NCBI GenBank assembly: GCA_963797555.1
Contig: CAWCPV010000017.1
Location: 1 to 64,000 of the forward strand
Direction of reading: 5' to 3'
Length of the DNA stretch: 64,000 nt
DNA from: an uncultured Gammaproteobacteria bacterium
GTDB taxonomy: Bacteria > Pseudomonadota > Gammaproteobacteria > CAWCPV01
A program made the position numbers and the translations under genes. Positions 1 to 10,356 of this stretch are shown piece by piece (positions within the stretch are counted from its first letter, which is position 1; each line of letters begins with the position of its first letter). The notes under the pieces are model-generated. The model saw only the letters and a list, made by a program, of their open reading frames with translations. It did no database searches and was not told the origin of the DNA.

Positions 1-185
1 TGGACTATCTGGACTCCTTCGAGGGTTGGCAGAACAGACCCCAGCTTGGCCGTGCTCCTCGTCCTCTTCCTGGGCCACCTCCCCGAACACAACGAGGGCA
101 GCGGGAACTTGACCAGTTGCCGTCCCTGTCGCGCAGGGTCTTCGAAAACCGGCCCCCCCACTCTCGGGCCACCGGACAAACGACA

Positions 186-1490
186 TCACTCGGAAACCCC
201 GGAATGTGGCGCGGGAAAATGCGGCAGAGCCGGCAGCGCCCCTTCCGTAAGGCCGAGGAAGTCCAGCGTGACGGCCAGCATCTGGTCGAAAACATCCTCC
301 TTGATGGGCGCCCAGCCGTGAACCATCAGGGACAGGTTGCGGGTGGCCAGCACCTTCTCCAGCTCCTGCTCGCGTTCTCGGAAGCGCAACCCCACCGGGG
401 ACCCCAGAGCTGCCAGTAACTGGTAAGAGGCGTTCAGCCCGAACTGCAGACACCCGCTGGACGCGTCCAGGTAACGGGGCGTGAATGACTCGCGCAGGCC
501 CTCGGGAATCTGTTCCGGCGAAGCCGCGCTGTTGTCGATTCCCAGGGCCGAAAGCTCGGCCTTGGCAAGCTTCTCCAGCGCGCTGTAAAGCCGTGCGACC
601 CCGTCATCCGGGCGGTTGGCAAGACGCGTCACCCGCACGGCGTTGCACACCAGATCCACCACCAGGGCACGCGTGCCTTCGGCGCCGGGAGATCCTTTCT
701 TCTGGAGCGCGTGGAAGGCCGGAGACAGCACCTCTAGGCGCGCAAGGTCGGCGGCGACCTCTTCCAGAAAGTCCTGGACCGGTGCAAGTGTCGCGGCATC
801 GGTGTAATCCTTGAGCCCCTGGTACGACCGCCGCAAGGGCGTTAGGACCTGGGCAAGCTCGAAGCCCTGCCAGCGGTGGTAGGCATCGAAAAGGTCCTTC
901 AGGTGAACATAGAACCGCCGCCATCGATCACCGACCCGGCTTGCCGCCTCCGCAGCGGTATCCCGCGCCTCGGCAAAGCGTGCAGCGTTGAACTGCTGGG
1001 CGATGCGCCGCCGAAACTCGACTTCAAGGACATCCCACGGGTTCGGGTTGGACACCACGCGCTCGCTGCCGCCCATCACGACTCCGAGCCCCTCCTTGGT
1101 GCGCGCGGTACCCCCGACGTAGCTGTAAACCACCCGCTCGTGAATGGTGGCAAGGACCAGCGCTGCCGACATGGTCTTGGTACCCCCGGTGTAGTCGACG
1201 AGCATCCCCTCCATGGAAAGGCCCAAGTCCACCAGGCATCCGGGAAGCTTCTCGGCGAGCATCTCCATGCAGTGGCCAAGGTCCTGGGGATCACGAACGG
1301 TAATGACCTCGTGGTCAACCCACCGGTGGGTGGTGCGCGGCCGTACCCCGGTCTCGATCTCTTTGCGGCTGTCCGACGATGCGAAGAAGATGACCTTCTC
1401 CGGCCGGTAATGGTCCAGGCTGTACGCCACGGGCTCTGCGGTTCCACCCACCGAAATTAGCATCCCCTTGACGGGGTTCGTATCACTCAC
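186..1490 (-). CDS. CRISPR-associated CARF-HEPN ancillary ribonuclease (TIGR02710/Csm6-like)
   Basis: N-terminal LISVGGT and VDYTGGTKTMS CARF motifs; C-terminal HEPN-like R-X6-H (RNLSLMVH); directly downstream of the array and csm genes. Confidence 0.85.
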   Translation of the reverse strand: MSDTNPVKGMLISVGGTAEPVAYSLDHYRPEKVIFFASSDSRKEIETGVRPRTTHRWVDHEVITVRDPQDLGHCMEMLAEKLPGCLVDLGLSMEGMLVDYTGGTKTMSAALVLATIHERVVYSYVGGTARTKEGLGVVMGGSERVVSNPNPWDVLEVEFRRRIAQQFNAARFAEARDTAAEAASRVGDRWRRFYVHLKDLFDAYHRWQGFELAQVLTPLRRSYQGLKDYTDAATLAPVQDFLEEVAADLARLEVLSPAFHALQKKGSPGAEGTRALVVDLVCNAVRVTRLANRPDDGVARLYSALEKLAKAELSALGIDNSAASPEQIPEGLRESFTPRYLDASSGCLQFGLNASYQLLAALGSPVGLRFREREQELEKVLATRNLSLMVHGWAPIKEDVFDQMLAVTLDFLGLTEGALPALPHFPAPHSGVSE

Positions 1491-1585
1491 CTTTGCAGCA
1501 CCTCATTTGGGCAACTCCGCCCTCCAGTCAAATCGCCCCTGTATCGCTCAACCCTCTGACATCGCAGGTGCGGAGCACGCCACGG

Positions 1586-3123
1586 GTCTCAATCCCTTCT
1601 TCATCAGGTCACCGTTCAAACCCGAGCCGCATCGGTGCAAGTCCGTTGATGATCATGTCTCCAATCCCCTTCTTCATCAGGTCACCGTTCAAACGTGGCC
1701 GGGTCGGGTCCAATAGGCCGTGTGGTCTCAATCCCTTCTTCATCAGGTCACCGTTCAAACGTTTACGCCAGTCGTCGTCGTGCGGCTTGTCGGGTCTCAA
1801 TCCCTTCTTCATCAGGTCACCGTTCAAACGCGGACTGGGTGCGTCAGGTACGCCGACAGGGTCTCAATCCCTTCTTCATCAGGTCACCGTTCAAACACCG
1901 AGGCTGATGTTTTTATAGTCCTCGAAAGGTCTCAATCCCTTCTTCATCAGGTCACCGTTCAAACCGCCTGGGAACGGGCATGGAGCCAGTACAGAGAGGT
2001 CTCAATCCCTTCTTCATCAGGTCACCGTTCAAACCGGTCCTGCGTCATTCATTGGGTTACTTCCGCGTCTCAATCCCTTCTTCATCAGGTCACCGTTCAA
2101 ACGCGCACAGATGGTGATGTTCCTGGTGGGCCTGTGTCTCAATCCCTTCTTCATCAGGTCACCGTTCAAACAGAGACGCGTGCATAGTGGCGGCGATGCT
2201 GTGGTCTCAATCCCTTCTTCATCAGGTCACCGTTCAAACTAACAGGAGACGACAATGAAATACCTATGCAGCGGTCTCAATCCCTTCTTCATCAGGTCAC
2301 CGTTCAAACCCGAGGTTCGCTACGGAAAGACAGGCGCGCTAGGTCTCAATCCCTTCTTCATCAGGTCACCGTTCAAACCACTCACAAGCGTAGAGTACCT
2401 AGCCGTACTTGAGGTCTCAATCCCTTCTTCATCAGGTCACCGTTCAAACACGATTGTTATGCATAGCCATGGTTGGTCTCAATCCCTTCTTCATCAGGTC
2501 ACCGTTCAAACATAGGTACTACCGACATGCGCGTCTCAATCCCTTCTTCATCAGGTCACCGTTCAAACATAGATTGCTGGACAAGCTGTACGACTTTGCC
2601 GAGTCTCAATCCCTTCTTCATCAGGTCACCGTTCAAACTCGACGACATGCGGGTACGCTACGGGCGCATGAGTCTCAATCCCTTCTTCATCAGGTCACCG
2701 TTCAAACACCCCGAAGTTCTTCCCCGCGGATCTCGTGCCGTCTCAATCCCTTCTTCATCAGGTCACCGTTCAAACCCACGGCGGCGGCGTTGTCAGCAAA
2801 GAAGTGTGGTCTCAATCCCTTCTTCATCAGGTCACCGTTCAAACACACGCTCGTGGCGGATGTTGCTGCGGCGTATAGGTCTCAATCCCTTCTTCATCAG
2901 GTCACCGTTCAAACCCTGCAACAACACTCTAACGATGAGTTACGCTGAGTCTCAATCCCTTCTTCATCAGGTCACCGTTCAAACATCGGTACTGCGACGA
3001 GGCCGTGGTGTTGCTGAGGTCTCAATCCCTTCTTCATCAGGTCACCGTTCAAACAAGAGGAGGCGCAGAAGTTGACGGAAGAGCCCCTGTCTCAATCCCT
3101 TCTTCACAGGTCACCGTTCAAAC
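1586..3123 (-). CRISPR. CRISPR array, 23 repeats / 22 spacers; repeat GTTTGAACGGTGACCTGATGAAGAAGGGATTGAGAC (36 bp, minus strand)
   Basis: Counted directly. Spacers mostly 30-35 nt. Repeats at 1657 and 3089 have small indels. The minus-strand repeat ends ATTGAGAC, a typical type III 8-nt handle. Confidence 0.99.
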
Positions 3124-4890
3124 TGTCTGGGCATTTTTCCTCCACTGATACAACGACTTCCAAGGGGGGTTGACGGGAAATGCCCCGCTCAAGGAGTTAA
3201 CTGCTCTCGGCCTGTCCGAAAATTCCGCACGAACGTGTGTCGTACGGCGCAGACGCCGCCGCCTGTGCAGTCCCGCGGAGTGCAATCTCATCACCCCAGT
3301 CCCTCCCCGCAGCCGCTCCAGGCGTCCCCTCTTCTCTTGCTTCTTGTTCGCATTGCCCCATCCTACCAAACTATAAATCGCCTCACCGAGGTCCGCGAGC
3401 CGCTCGCGGTATTCCCTCGGCCAACCATCAGCGTCCCGAAAAAGCTCGTTGAAGCGGTTCGCCAGACGGCCGCCCGCCTCCCTGCGCGATGCAGCGCGGT
3501 CCTCTTCGAGCCAGGCTTCCAGCTCACGCAAGGCCCGCTCCTCCGGGGGTAGACGAGCACGCTCGGCCTCGCGGTGCGCCGCTTCCTCCTGACGCCGCGC
3601 CTCCTCGGCGGCTTGCTCGGCTCGCCCCTGCTGCTCCTCGGCGCGCGCCGTCCGCCGAGCTGCCCAGCGCGGATCGACAGACACCCGCGGCGGCGGGAGT
3701 GGTGCCAAGATTCGGAACCCTCCCGGACCTCGGGCGTCCTCTGTGTCGGACGGCTGTTCCAGCACCAGCAGCAGCCATCCGAAGGGCACCTTGCCCCCAT
3801 CGGCGGTCTCGCACAAGGTCCGCGTCGCGCCCATGCCGTCGATCGGCTGCCTCTTTTGCACGTTCCAGCCTTCGCGCAGGCCGTCGACCGAAAGGGACTC
3901 GAAGTGGGAGAAGCGCCCGAGGCGGAGCAGCACCTCGCCTTCAGCGGGCCGGCGCGGGACACCGGTCGCGGGGGCGGAGCCCAAGGCTTGTAGCACACGC
4001 TCCCGGACCGCATTCTCTCCGGGAAAGAAGTGATCCAACTCCTGGATGAGGCGGTTCCAGTAGAACTCGTTGCAGGCGTCCAGCACGTCCTGCGCCCGAA
4101 GCTTCCGCCCCAGCAGGCGGGCGACCTCCGGATAAGCCGCCTCGCGCTCGTCCAGCTCCATCTCGACCGCGAAGGTCGGGGGCTCGGACGTATCGGCCCG
4201 AGACACCAGACGCTCGAAGTGCATCTGCACCCGGCTCAGGTTGCGGCCATCGCCGCCCTTCTTCATCAACGTGGCTTGGTCCACTCGGGCCGCTTCCCAG
4301 GGGAGATCGCAGTCCGCGACCTTGAACATCCGCAGCGGGTCGCACTCCATGTGGCCCTCCTCGAAGCCAAGCGCCGAGCGCTCCAGCCGCTGCCAGGCTT
4401 CGTTGCGGTGGCGCCATCTCCGGTCCTGTTTCGCATCGGTCACAGCCGATGCGACCTCGTCTCGATGCTCCTGAACGAGCGAGTCGACCACTGCGGTGCG
4501 CATCGCTCCCTTGAGGGAGGAGCCAGGCACCACCGGGCCGCCCGTCAGCGGGTTGCGCTGGAACGGGTGGACCTCGCAGCGCCGGTGCGGGTTGCGTACC
4601 AGCTCGTCCAGCTCGCGCTTGGAGCCCCGACCGATGGCGGCGCGATACACCCCGTGGTCCTCCGGGCGGCAGCGCTGGCGGAGCAGCTCCTGGGCGCTGT
4701 CGACGCGGTCCTGCTCCAGGTGTTTGACGTAGGTGTCGCGGTCACCGGGCGCCATGTCGGCGAGCACCGCGTGCGGGTTGAAGCGGACCAGGGTGTCCGC
4801 CTCCACCAGGTAGTTCTCCGGGGTGATGGTCTGCCCCGCACCGATGTGGATGGGTGTGAGGGGAATGGCGCGAAACCGTAGGATGGCCAT
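3118..4890 (-). CDS. csm5: Type III-A RAMP Csm5 with C-terminal coiled-coil/helical extension
   Basis: LTPIHIGAG, PGSSLKGAMRTA, DPLRMFKVAD, LRLGRFS and PFGW motifs; true stop is probably near 3290 (possible frameshift). Confidence 0.85.
   Translation of the reverse strand: MAILRFRAIPLTPIHIGAGQTITPENYLVEADTLVRFNPHAVLADMAPGDRDTYVKHLEQDRVDSAQELLRQRCRPEDHGVYRAAIGRGSKRELDELVRNPHRRCEVHPFQRNPLTGGPVVPGSSLKGAMRTAVVDSLVQEHRDEVASAVTDAKQDRRWRHRNEAWQRLERSALGFEEGHMECDPLRMFKVADCDLPWEAARVDQATLMKKGGDGRNLSRVQMHFERLVSRADTSEPPTFAVEMELDEREAAYPEVARLLGRKLRAQDVLDACNEFYWNRLIQELDHFFPGENAVRERVLQALGSAPATGVPRRPAEGEVLLRLGRFSHFESLSVDGLREGWNVQKRQPIDGMGATRTLCETADGGKVPFGWLLLVLEQPSDTEDARGPGGFRILAPLPPPRVSVDPRWAARRTARAEEQQGRAEQAAEEARRQEEAAHREAERARLPPEERALRELEAWLEEDRAASRREAGGRLANRFNELFRDADGWPREYRERLADLGEAIYSLVGWGNANKKQEKRGRLERLRGGTGVMRLHSAGLHRRRRLRRTTHVRAEFSDRPRAVNSLSGAFPVNPPWKSLYQWRKNAQTV
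3124..3290 (-). promoter_or_regulatory. Probable CRISPR leader
   Basis: Lower-GC segment between the conserved-looking end of csm5 and the first repeat, on the side predicted by repeat orientation. Confidence 0.6.
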
Positions 4891-4900
4891 GCTGCGCTCC

Positions 4901-5839
4901 TCAGGTCTCCGTGTAGGGCAGGCAGAGGTGCCAGCCGTAGTGCCGAATCTCGGGATGACGCGGGTGCACCCCCTCCAGCAACGCGCCATAGGGACCGGAA
5001 TCCACGGGGGTAAAGGTCGCGCCGGGGCGCATCAGGCGCACTGGGTACTTGAACGGCGAGCGTGGGCCTGTGGCGTAGAGCCCGCCGAGCTTGCCGTAGT
5101 GGGTGTGCAGCCGACAGCGAGGCTCGACCATGTTCGGGCTCAGCACCCCGTGGGAGACGCTCAGCAGGCGGTTGCCCGAGTGTTGGAATAGTGCGGGGTC
5201 CGCCACGTTGACCTGGGCGGTGAAGCGACCGCGGCCCAGGCTGGCATCGCGCCCGAAGCCCTGCTCTCCGACGTGGGCGAACAGCGCTTCCAGATCGTCC
5301 GCGACGAGGTTGGTCCGAAGGTACACATCCAGCTCGCTCGCTTGGAGGTCGTGCCAGGTCTCCTGCACGAAGTACAGGCCACCCGCAGCCGGAGTGGTGC
5401 CGGTGTGCCGGTCGATGGTGTTGTGGGCCACTCGGAGCTTCTCCACCCGCCCGGTGTCGTAGGGCCTGCCCGCCAACCGCTCAAGCAGGCGGCGTTCGCT
5501 CAGCCCGCCGCGCAGGGCGAAAAAGTCCTCCACTGCTATCCAGGCGCCCTTGCGGAGCAGCTTCTCCTTTTCGAGACGCTCGGTGAAGGCTCGGCGCTGC
5601 GCGCCCTCGACGGGAGCCGGACGCGCACCCGGCGCGAGCAGCGGTCGGGGCAGGTAGCCCGCGGGGAAGGCATCCGAGAGCAGGAGGGGAGGTTCCGGAG
5701 CACTCTGCAGCCACTTTTCCAGGGCTTGCTCGCCGTTGATGTCGCGCACCGCCCAGCACAGGTGTCCGAACAGAGTATCCGAGTGCATGGGAGTCGCCAG
5801 GGGCGCCCGCAGCCTCAGGCGAATCCGGTATTCGGTCAT
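4901..5839 (-). CDS. csm4: Type III-A RAMP Csm4
   Basis: SDTLFGHLCW, LSDAFP, HNTIDR and the G-rich loop GFGRDASLGRG. Confidence 0.9.
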   Translation of the reverse strand: MTEYRIRLRLRAPLATPMHSDTLFGHLCWAVRDINGEQALEKWLQSAPEPPLLLSDAFPAGYLPRPLLAPGARPAPVEGAQRRAFTERLEKEKLLRKGAWIAVEDFFALRGGLSERRLLERLAGRPYDTGRVEKLRVAHNTIDRHTGTTPAAGGLYFVQETWHDLQASELDVYLRTNLVADDLEALFAHVGEQGFGRDASLGRGRFTAQVNVADPALFQHSGNRLLSVSHGVLSPNMVEPRCRLHTHYGKLGGLYATGPRSPFKYPVRLMRPGATFTPVDSGPYGALLEGVHPRHPEIRHYGWHLCLPYTET

Positions 5840-5846
5840 GGGTCGG

Positions 5847-6603
5847 TCAGCCTACCAGGCGGTGGGGCTCGTCCGGGTCGAAGCGCTGGATGGCCTGGAA
5901 ATCCTGCTGGACGCTCTGTCCGTCGACCGCGAGGTCCTCCACCACCACCCGGCCGTAGCCGCGCGACCCGGAGCCGCCCAGGGCATCCTGCTCCAGCAGG
6001 CGCAGCGCCTCCAGCAGCCGGTTGAGACAAGGCCCGATCGGTGGCTCCGTCGTCGCCGTCCACGTCGAACACCTTGAAGCCCATCTCCAACTGGAAGCGC
6101 GCCCCGGCAGGGACCCGCTCCATGCGCCGGGGACCCGTGCTGGCGGCCTTGCCCTGGATGCGATCGATGGGGACCTCGGTCTTCTCCTCGGTGAGGGCGA
6201 GGCCCTGGGCGCGCATCTGCTCGGCCCAGGCGCCATCGAGGTGGGCGTCGCGCACGATGAGGCGGGTCGGTCCGGCCTCCCAATCGTCGCTGGTGACCCC
6301 GAAGATGCGCAGGATATGGTCATCCTGCTGGTACTTGCCATTCTCGAAGCCCTGCTTGTCACTGCCCCACGCCAACCCGTTTTTCTCGATGCAGCCGAGC
6401 GCCCACTCCAGGAGCGAGCGGAGCTTGCCCTTGATACTGGAGCCGGGGATGTAGGGCTCCGTGGTGAAGGGGTTCTTCACCACCGGGCTGTCGACGCCGC
6501 CGATCTCGATGGCGTCCTTGCCCGCCCCGACGTGCAGGCCGGAGCGCAGGACCAGGGTGGCGGTGATGCGGTGGGTTTGCTTGAGGAGGATGCGGCTCGC
6601 CAT
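5847..6603 (-). CDS. csm3: Type III-A RAMP Csm3, frameshifted near 6030
   Basis: GLHVGAG, IGGVDSPV (catalytic Asp position), PYIPGSSIKGKLRSLLE; C-terminal LGGSGSRGYG lies in another frame. Confidence 0.9.
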
Positions 6604-6613
6604 GGTGTCTCCC

Positions 6614-7096
6614 TCACTGCTCCTTGCCGTAGAACTTGTGGAAGGCCAGAACGGCCTGGAAGTGCTTGCAGAAGGCATCGAAGTCCCTGGCCGTCGCGAC
6701 CGAGTGCACGTGGTCGATGAAGAACTGCAGCAGTTCCTGGGGGAAGGTCTTGTCACTGCGGCCATGGGCATATACCGCCTTGGCCTTGAGCATCTTGAAG
6801 TCGGCCCGGAGATCCTCGAAGGCTTGCTCGGCGGTGAGTCCCCGAGAGCGGGTCGCCGCCAGCACGCGCTGGCGCAGGTTGGTCACGTCGTCGTAGAAGC
6901 GGCGAAGCTGGCTCGGCGAGACCCGATCCAAGCGGCGCGCCCACGACTCCGCCTCGGTGTCGAGCAAATCGGGGCGGAGCTTCTCGCCCTCGTAATAGGC
7001 AACCTTGGTCGGCTGCGGGATGCTCCTGGGCGGTGGCCCTCCCGGCCCCGCGGGCCTGCCCGGAGCACCCTGTGGCTGCCTTGGGTGCAGTGCCAT
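6614..7096 (-). CDS. csm2: Type III-A small subunit Csm2
   Basis: SQLRRFYD, MLKAKAVYA, FQAVLAFHK motifs; position between cas10 and csm3. Confidence 0.9.
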   Translation of the reverse strand: MALHPRQPQGAPGRPAGPGGPPPRSIPQPTKVAYYEGEKLRPDLLDTEAESWARRLDRVSPSQLRRFYDDVTNLRQRVLAATRSRGLTAEQAFEDLRADFKMLKAKAVYAHGRSDKTFPQELLQFFIDHVHSVATARDFDAFCKHFQAVLAFHKFYGKEQ

Positions 7097-7110
7097 TGGC
7101 TTTCCCTCTC

Positions 7111-8515
7111 TCAACTGCGGTTGCGATAGAGTGCGATGCTCGCCGCGGTGTGCGGCGACGACCAGTCGCGCTGGACCTGGATGGACTCCGACAGGCCCAT
7201 CAGGCGGTTCAGGTCATGGATCAGCTCCTTCTTCCGGGCATCGGACATCCCTTTGTTGTCGCGTACGTTGCGCGCGAGCTGATAGCCCCACCTCGCCCGC
7301 CAGTCGGCGCAGGTGAGGTCGAGGTGGCGCTCGGCGCGCTGGCGCAGATCCCCAAAGTCGAGCAGCCGGTAGACCATGGCGGTCGGGATGACCCGCTCGC
7401 GCAGCCAGTCGTTGAGAGTCTCGGCGTCCGCCAGCCGCTGGGGCAGGACCTCCCACGCACAGGGTTCAGGGTCGATCACGGACACCCGGTTGCGGCCGGC
7501 CGCTTTGGCGGCCTCCAGGCGCTCCTCCGCGCTCCACACGCTGCGGTTGAGCGGCTGGTCGGCCTTGACCAGCTCCAGGCCCGCGGACAGGGTGATGTTC
7601 GGGTTCTCTCCGGTGTAGCGCCGGAACCGGGCGTTGAGGTCGACCGTGAGCCCCAGCATCTGCCGCCACGGCCCGATGAGGAGCAGGTCGTCGCCGCCCG
7701 CGTAGACGGTATAGGTATCCGGGTGATGACGCCGGATGCGGTCCTGCAAATAGCCGGTGAAGAACAGATCGAGCATCCGGGAGAGCGCAGCGAACCGGCT
7801 GATGGTGGCCCGGTCGCGGTCCGTCGCCGGCTCCCGCAGGCCGTATCCGAACAGCAGCCCCAGCCGATCGACATCGGCCTTGAGCACCGCGAGGAGCGGA
7901 CGGCCCAGGGGAGCCCCCTGTGGGTCGAGTTCCAGGGCGTCGCGCTCCAGGTGCTCGAAGGTCTTGAGGTCACCGGGCTCGACCTCGCGCGCCTCGTCGC
8001 TCAGGTCGTGGTAGAGCGGGTTGCCAACCTCCCGCTCCTTCATGACCGGAACATAGTTGGCCAGGAAGCGCAGGGCGAGCGGACCCGCTGGGGTGTGCTC
8101 GCCCCCATAGAGGCGAAAGCCTGAGAGCGCATCCTGCAGCTCTTCTGCCTGCGCCTCGTGCAGCACGAGGTGCATCCCCCCGAGGAGCGTCACCGTCCAG
8201 CGCGCGCCGTGCGGCCTCGCCGGGTGCCAGGTCATGGCCTGGGTGTGGGGAAGCCAGCCGCCTACCCGGTGCTCGTCGTGGCAGAGGTGGCAGCGCCAGG
8301 TCTTCTCTGTTTCATGCACAGCCGGGCGCACCCCGCAGGCGCGGCAGGGTCCCTCGGGATAGTCGAGGGCCATGACGCCGGTCGGGTTTTGCCGAAGTGA
8401 CCGGTGCTTGGCTTCATCGAGCGCCCGCGCCAAGCCGTCTTGCACGCCCTGGTAACGGGGCGGGATGAAGTCATTGCCGGCAAAAGGCTCGGAGAGCGCC
8501 AGGTTGAGCGTGAGA
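7111..8515 (-). pseudogene. cas10: Cas10/Csm1 C-terminal half; HD and Palm1 regions missing
   Basis: Zn finger CRAC...CHLC, LKADVDRLG and YAGGDDLLLIG; only ~470 aa, with unrelated low-GC DNA upstream of ~8515. Confidence 0.88.
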
Positions 8516-8589
8516 TGCGCTCGGATGGCCTGGAGCGGCGGCAAGTAGCCGTCAGGCCTGTGCACTTAAAGTGCATAATGCCTTCACGG

Positions 8590-9027
8590 TTAATGCTCGA
8601 AATTCTTGACAGACAAAACTCGGTGACTATCATCGTAACTCGTATAACACACCCACATTCTATTACCAACGTACCCGCCGTAACTGTTCTTTGCGTTGAT
8701 TGAAAAAATGAATTCGTAAGCCATAATAGCCGTACCCTCATAGACTATCGAAGTCGCAATTGGGCCAGTCACGTCCCCGACTTTCAGACTATCAGGATCT
8801 TTCAGCCGATCCTTAATGGCCTTGCTACACCGCTCCACTTGATCACTGACAGTTACAGGCGATCCCAATGGCGTCGATAACTTGATTGCATGATGTTCTG
8901 CCTGCGTAGCACAGGGAACGTCGGAAAACACCTTCTTCCCGTTGACCTCACACTTGTAGTAGGACGAAGCATGCGCACCACCGATATAAGCCACAGACAG
9001 CAGTATGACAGCAGCCACTTTGCTCAT
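8590..9027 (-). CDS. Secreted DUF4124-like protein
   Basis: AGGAGG RBS, signal peptide, YKC..NGKKVFSDVPC motif, C-terminal NAKNSYGGYVG; low GC. Confidence 0.65.
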   Translation of the reverse strand: MSKVAAVILLSVAYIGGAHASSYYKCEVNGKKVFSDVPCATQAEHHAIKLSTPLGSPVTVSDQVERCSKAIKDRLKDPDSLKVGDVTGPIATSIVYEGTAIMAYEFIFSINAKNSYGGYVGNRMWVCYTSYDDSHRVLSVKNFEH

Positions 9028-9230
9028 GTCTGACCTCCTATGCATATGGTTTTCCCCCAAGGTGAGTGAGATCTCCCGCACGGCCTATAGGTCAAGGTCT
9101 CCCTGTCTGCTCGTATCCTCACGGCATTGACGGACATATCTATTTCAAGCCTGACTGTATGCGCGGATATTCACCGTAGTCGGTCTTGTAGTTTCCTGAT
9201 TTGGTTGCCTCGGTCCGCATGGGTCTCGTC

Positions 9231-10356
9231 GAGCGCAGATGGCAGCACCTGAGCTTCTTTAAGTCACGGGCGTACCTGCACGCGCATCTGCCGCGGGTGC
9301 GCTGCGAGGCCTGCGGCAAGACGACCCAGGTCGAAGCGCCGTGGGCGCGCGCCCACAGTGGCTTCACGGCGCTGATGGAGGCGCTGGTGGTCACGCTGTG
9401 CCAGGCCATGCCGGTGGCGACCGTGGCTCGGCACCTGGGTGTGGGCGATGAGCGCCTGTGGGGGGTGCTCGATCACTACGTAGGCAGGGCCCGTGCTCAG
9501 GAGGACCACTCGCAGGTGAGCGCTGTGGGCCTGGACGAGACCGCTGCCCGGCGTGAACAGCACTACATCAGCCTGTTCCATGACCTCACGGGAAAACGCC
9601 TGCTGTTCGCCTGCGAGGGCCGCGACCAGAGCACCGTGGCGGCCTTCGCCGCCGACCTCAAGGCGCACGGCGGCGACCCGCAGGCCATCGAGCAGGTGTG
9701 CATCGACCTGTCCGGCGCCTACCGCGCCGGGGTGGCCAGGCACCTGCCCCAGGCCACGGTGAGCTTCGATGCCTTCCATGTGATCAAGCTCGCCAACGAG
9801 GCGGTCGATACGGTGCGCCGCCAGGAGATCAAGACCGAGCCCGCCCTCAGGGGCACCCGCTGGACCTGGCTCAAAGACGCCCACGACTGGACCTGGGACC
9901 AGCTCACCGACTTCCACTGGCTCTCCCGCGCCGCCTCAAAACCGCCCGTGCCTGGCGCCTCAAGGAGGCGCTGCGCGATATCTACGCCACGGCCAGCACC
10001 CTCGAGCAGGCCGAGAGCGCCCTCGGGCGCTGGTATAGCTGGGCACGGCGTAGCCGCCTGCAGCCCATGAAACGCCTCGCCACTACCCTGAAAGAGCACT
10101 GGAACGGCATCCTCGCCGCATTCCACTCGGGCCTCACCAACGGCCGCGCCGAGGGCATCAACTCCCTCATCCAGGCCGCCAAGGCTCGCGCCCGGGGCTA
10201 CCGCACCACGCACTCGCTCATCACCATCGCCTACCTCATCGCCGGCAACCTGGCCCACCTGCCCGCCTCGCCGTTCAACACATCCTCTGGTGTCAAAGCT
10301 CGGGCAGATGCCGCTGCGGCATAAGCATGGCGACCCACACGATTCCGGGACGAACC
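9231..10356 (+). mobile_element. ISL3-family element, 5'-truncated and frameshifted
   Basis: Near-identical inverted copy of part of 13664-15180; GLDET, DAFHV, TNGRAEGINS motifs; right end ...GACGAACC. Confidence 0.9.

Noticed and set aside
1-185. Start of the next cas gene
   Set aside because: No recognisable motif in the available 185 bp.
1468-3075. Several ORFs with repeating peptides
   Set aside because: They are translations of the CRISPR repeats.
1586-3123. Self-targeting spacers
   Set aside because: No match noticed within the window by eye; an alignment is needed to exclude it.
3118-3290. Csm5 reading through the leader into the first repeat
   Set aside because: The tail looks non-coding; a frameshift near the G-rich run at ~3295-3310 is the simpler explanation.
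5836-6771. 311-aa ORF as a novel Csm2-Csm3 fusion
   Set aside because: It is csm3 with an out-of-frame upstream extension and a frameshifted tail.
8515-8595. attC site after the DUF4124-like gene
   Set aside because: No RYYYAAC...GTTRRRY pair or matching hairpin.
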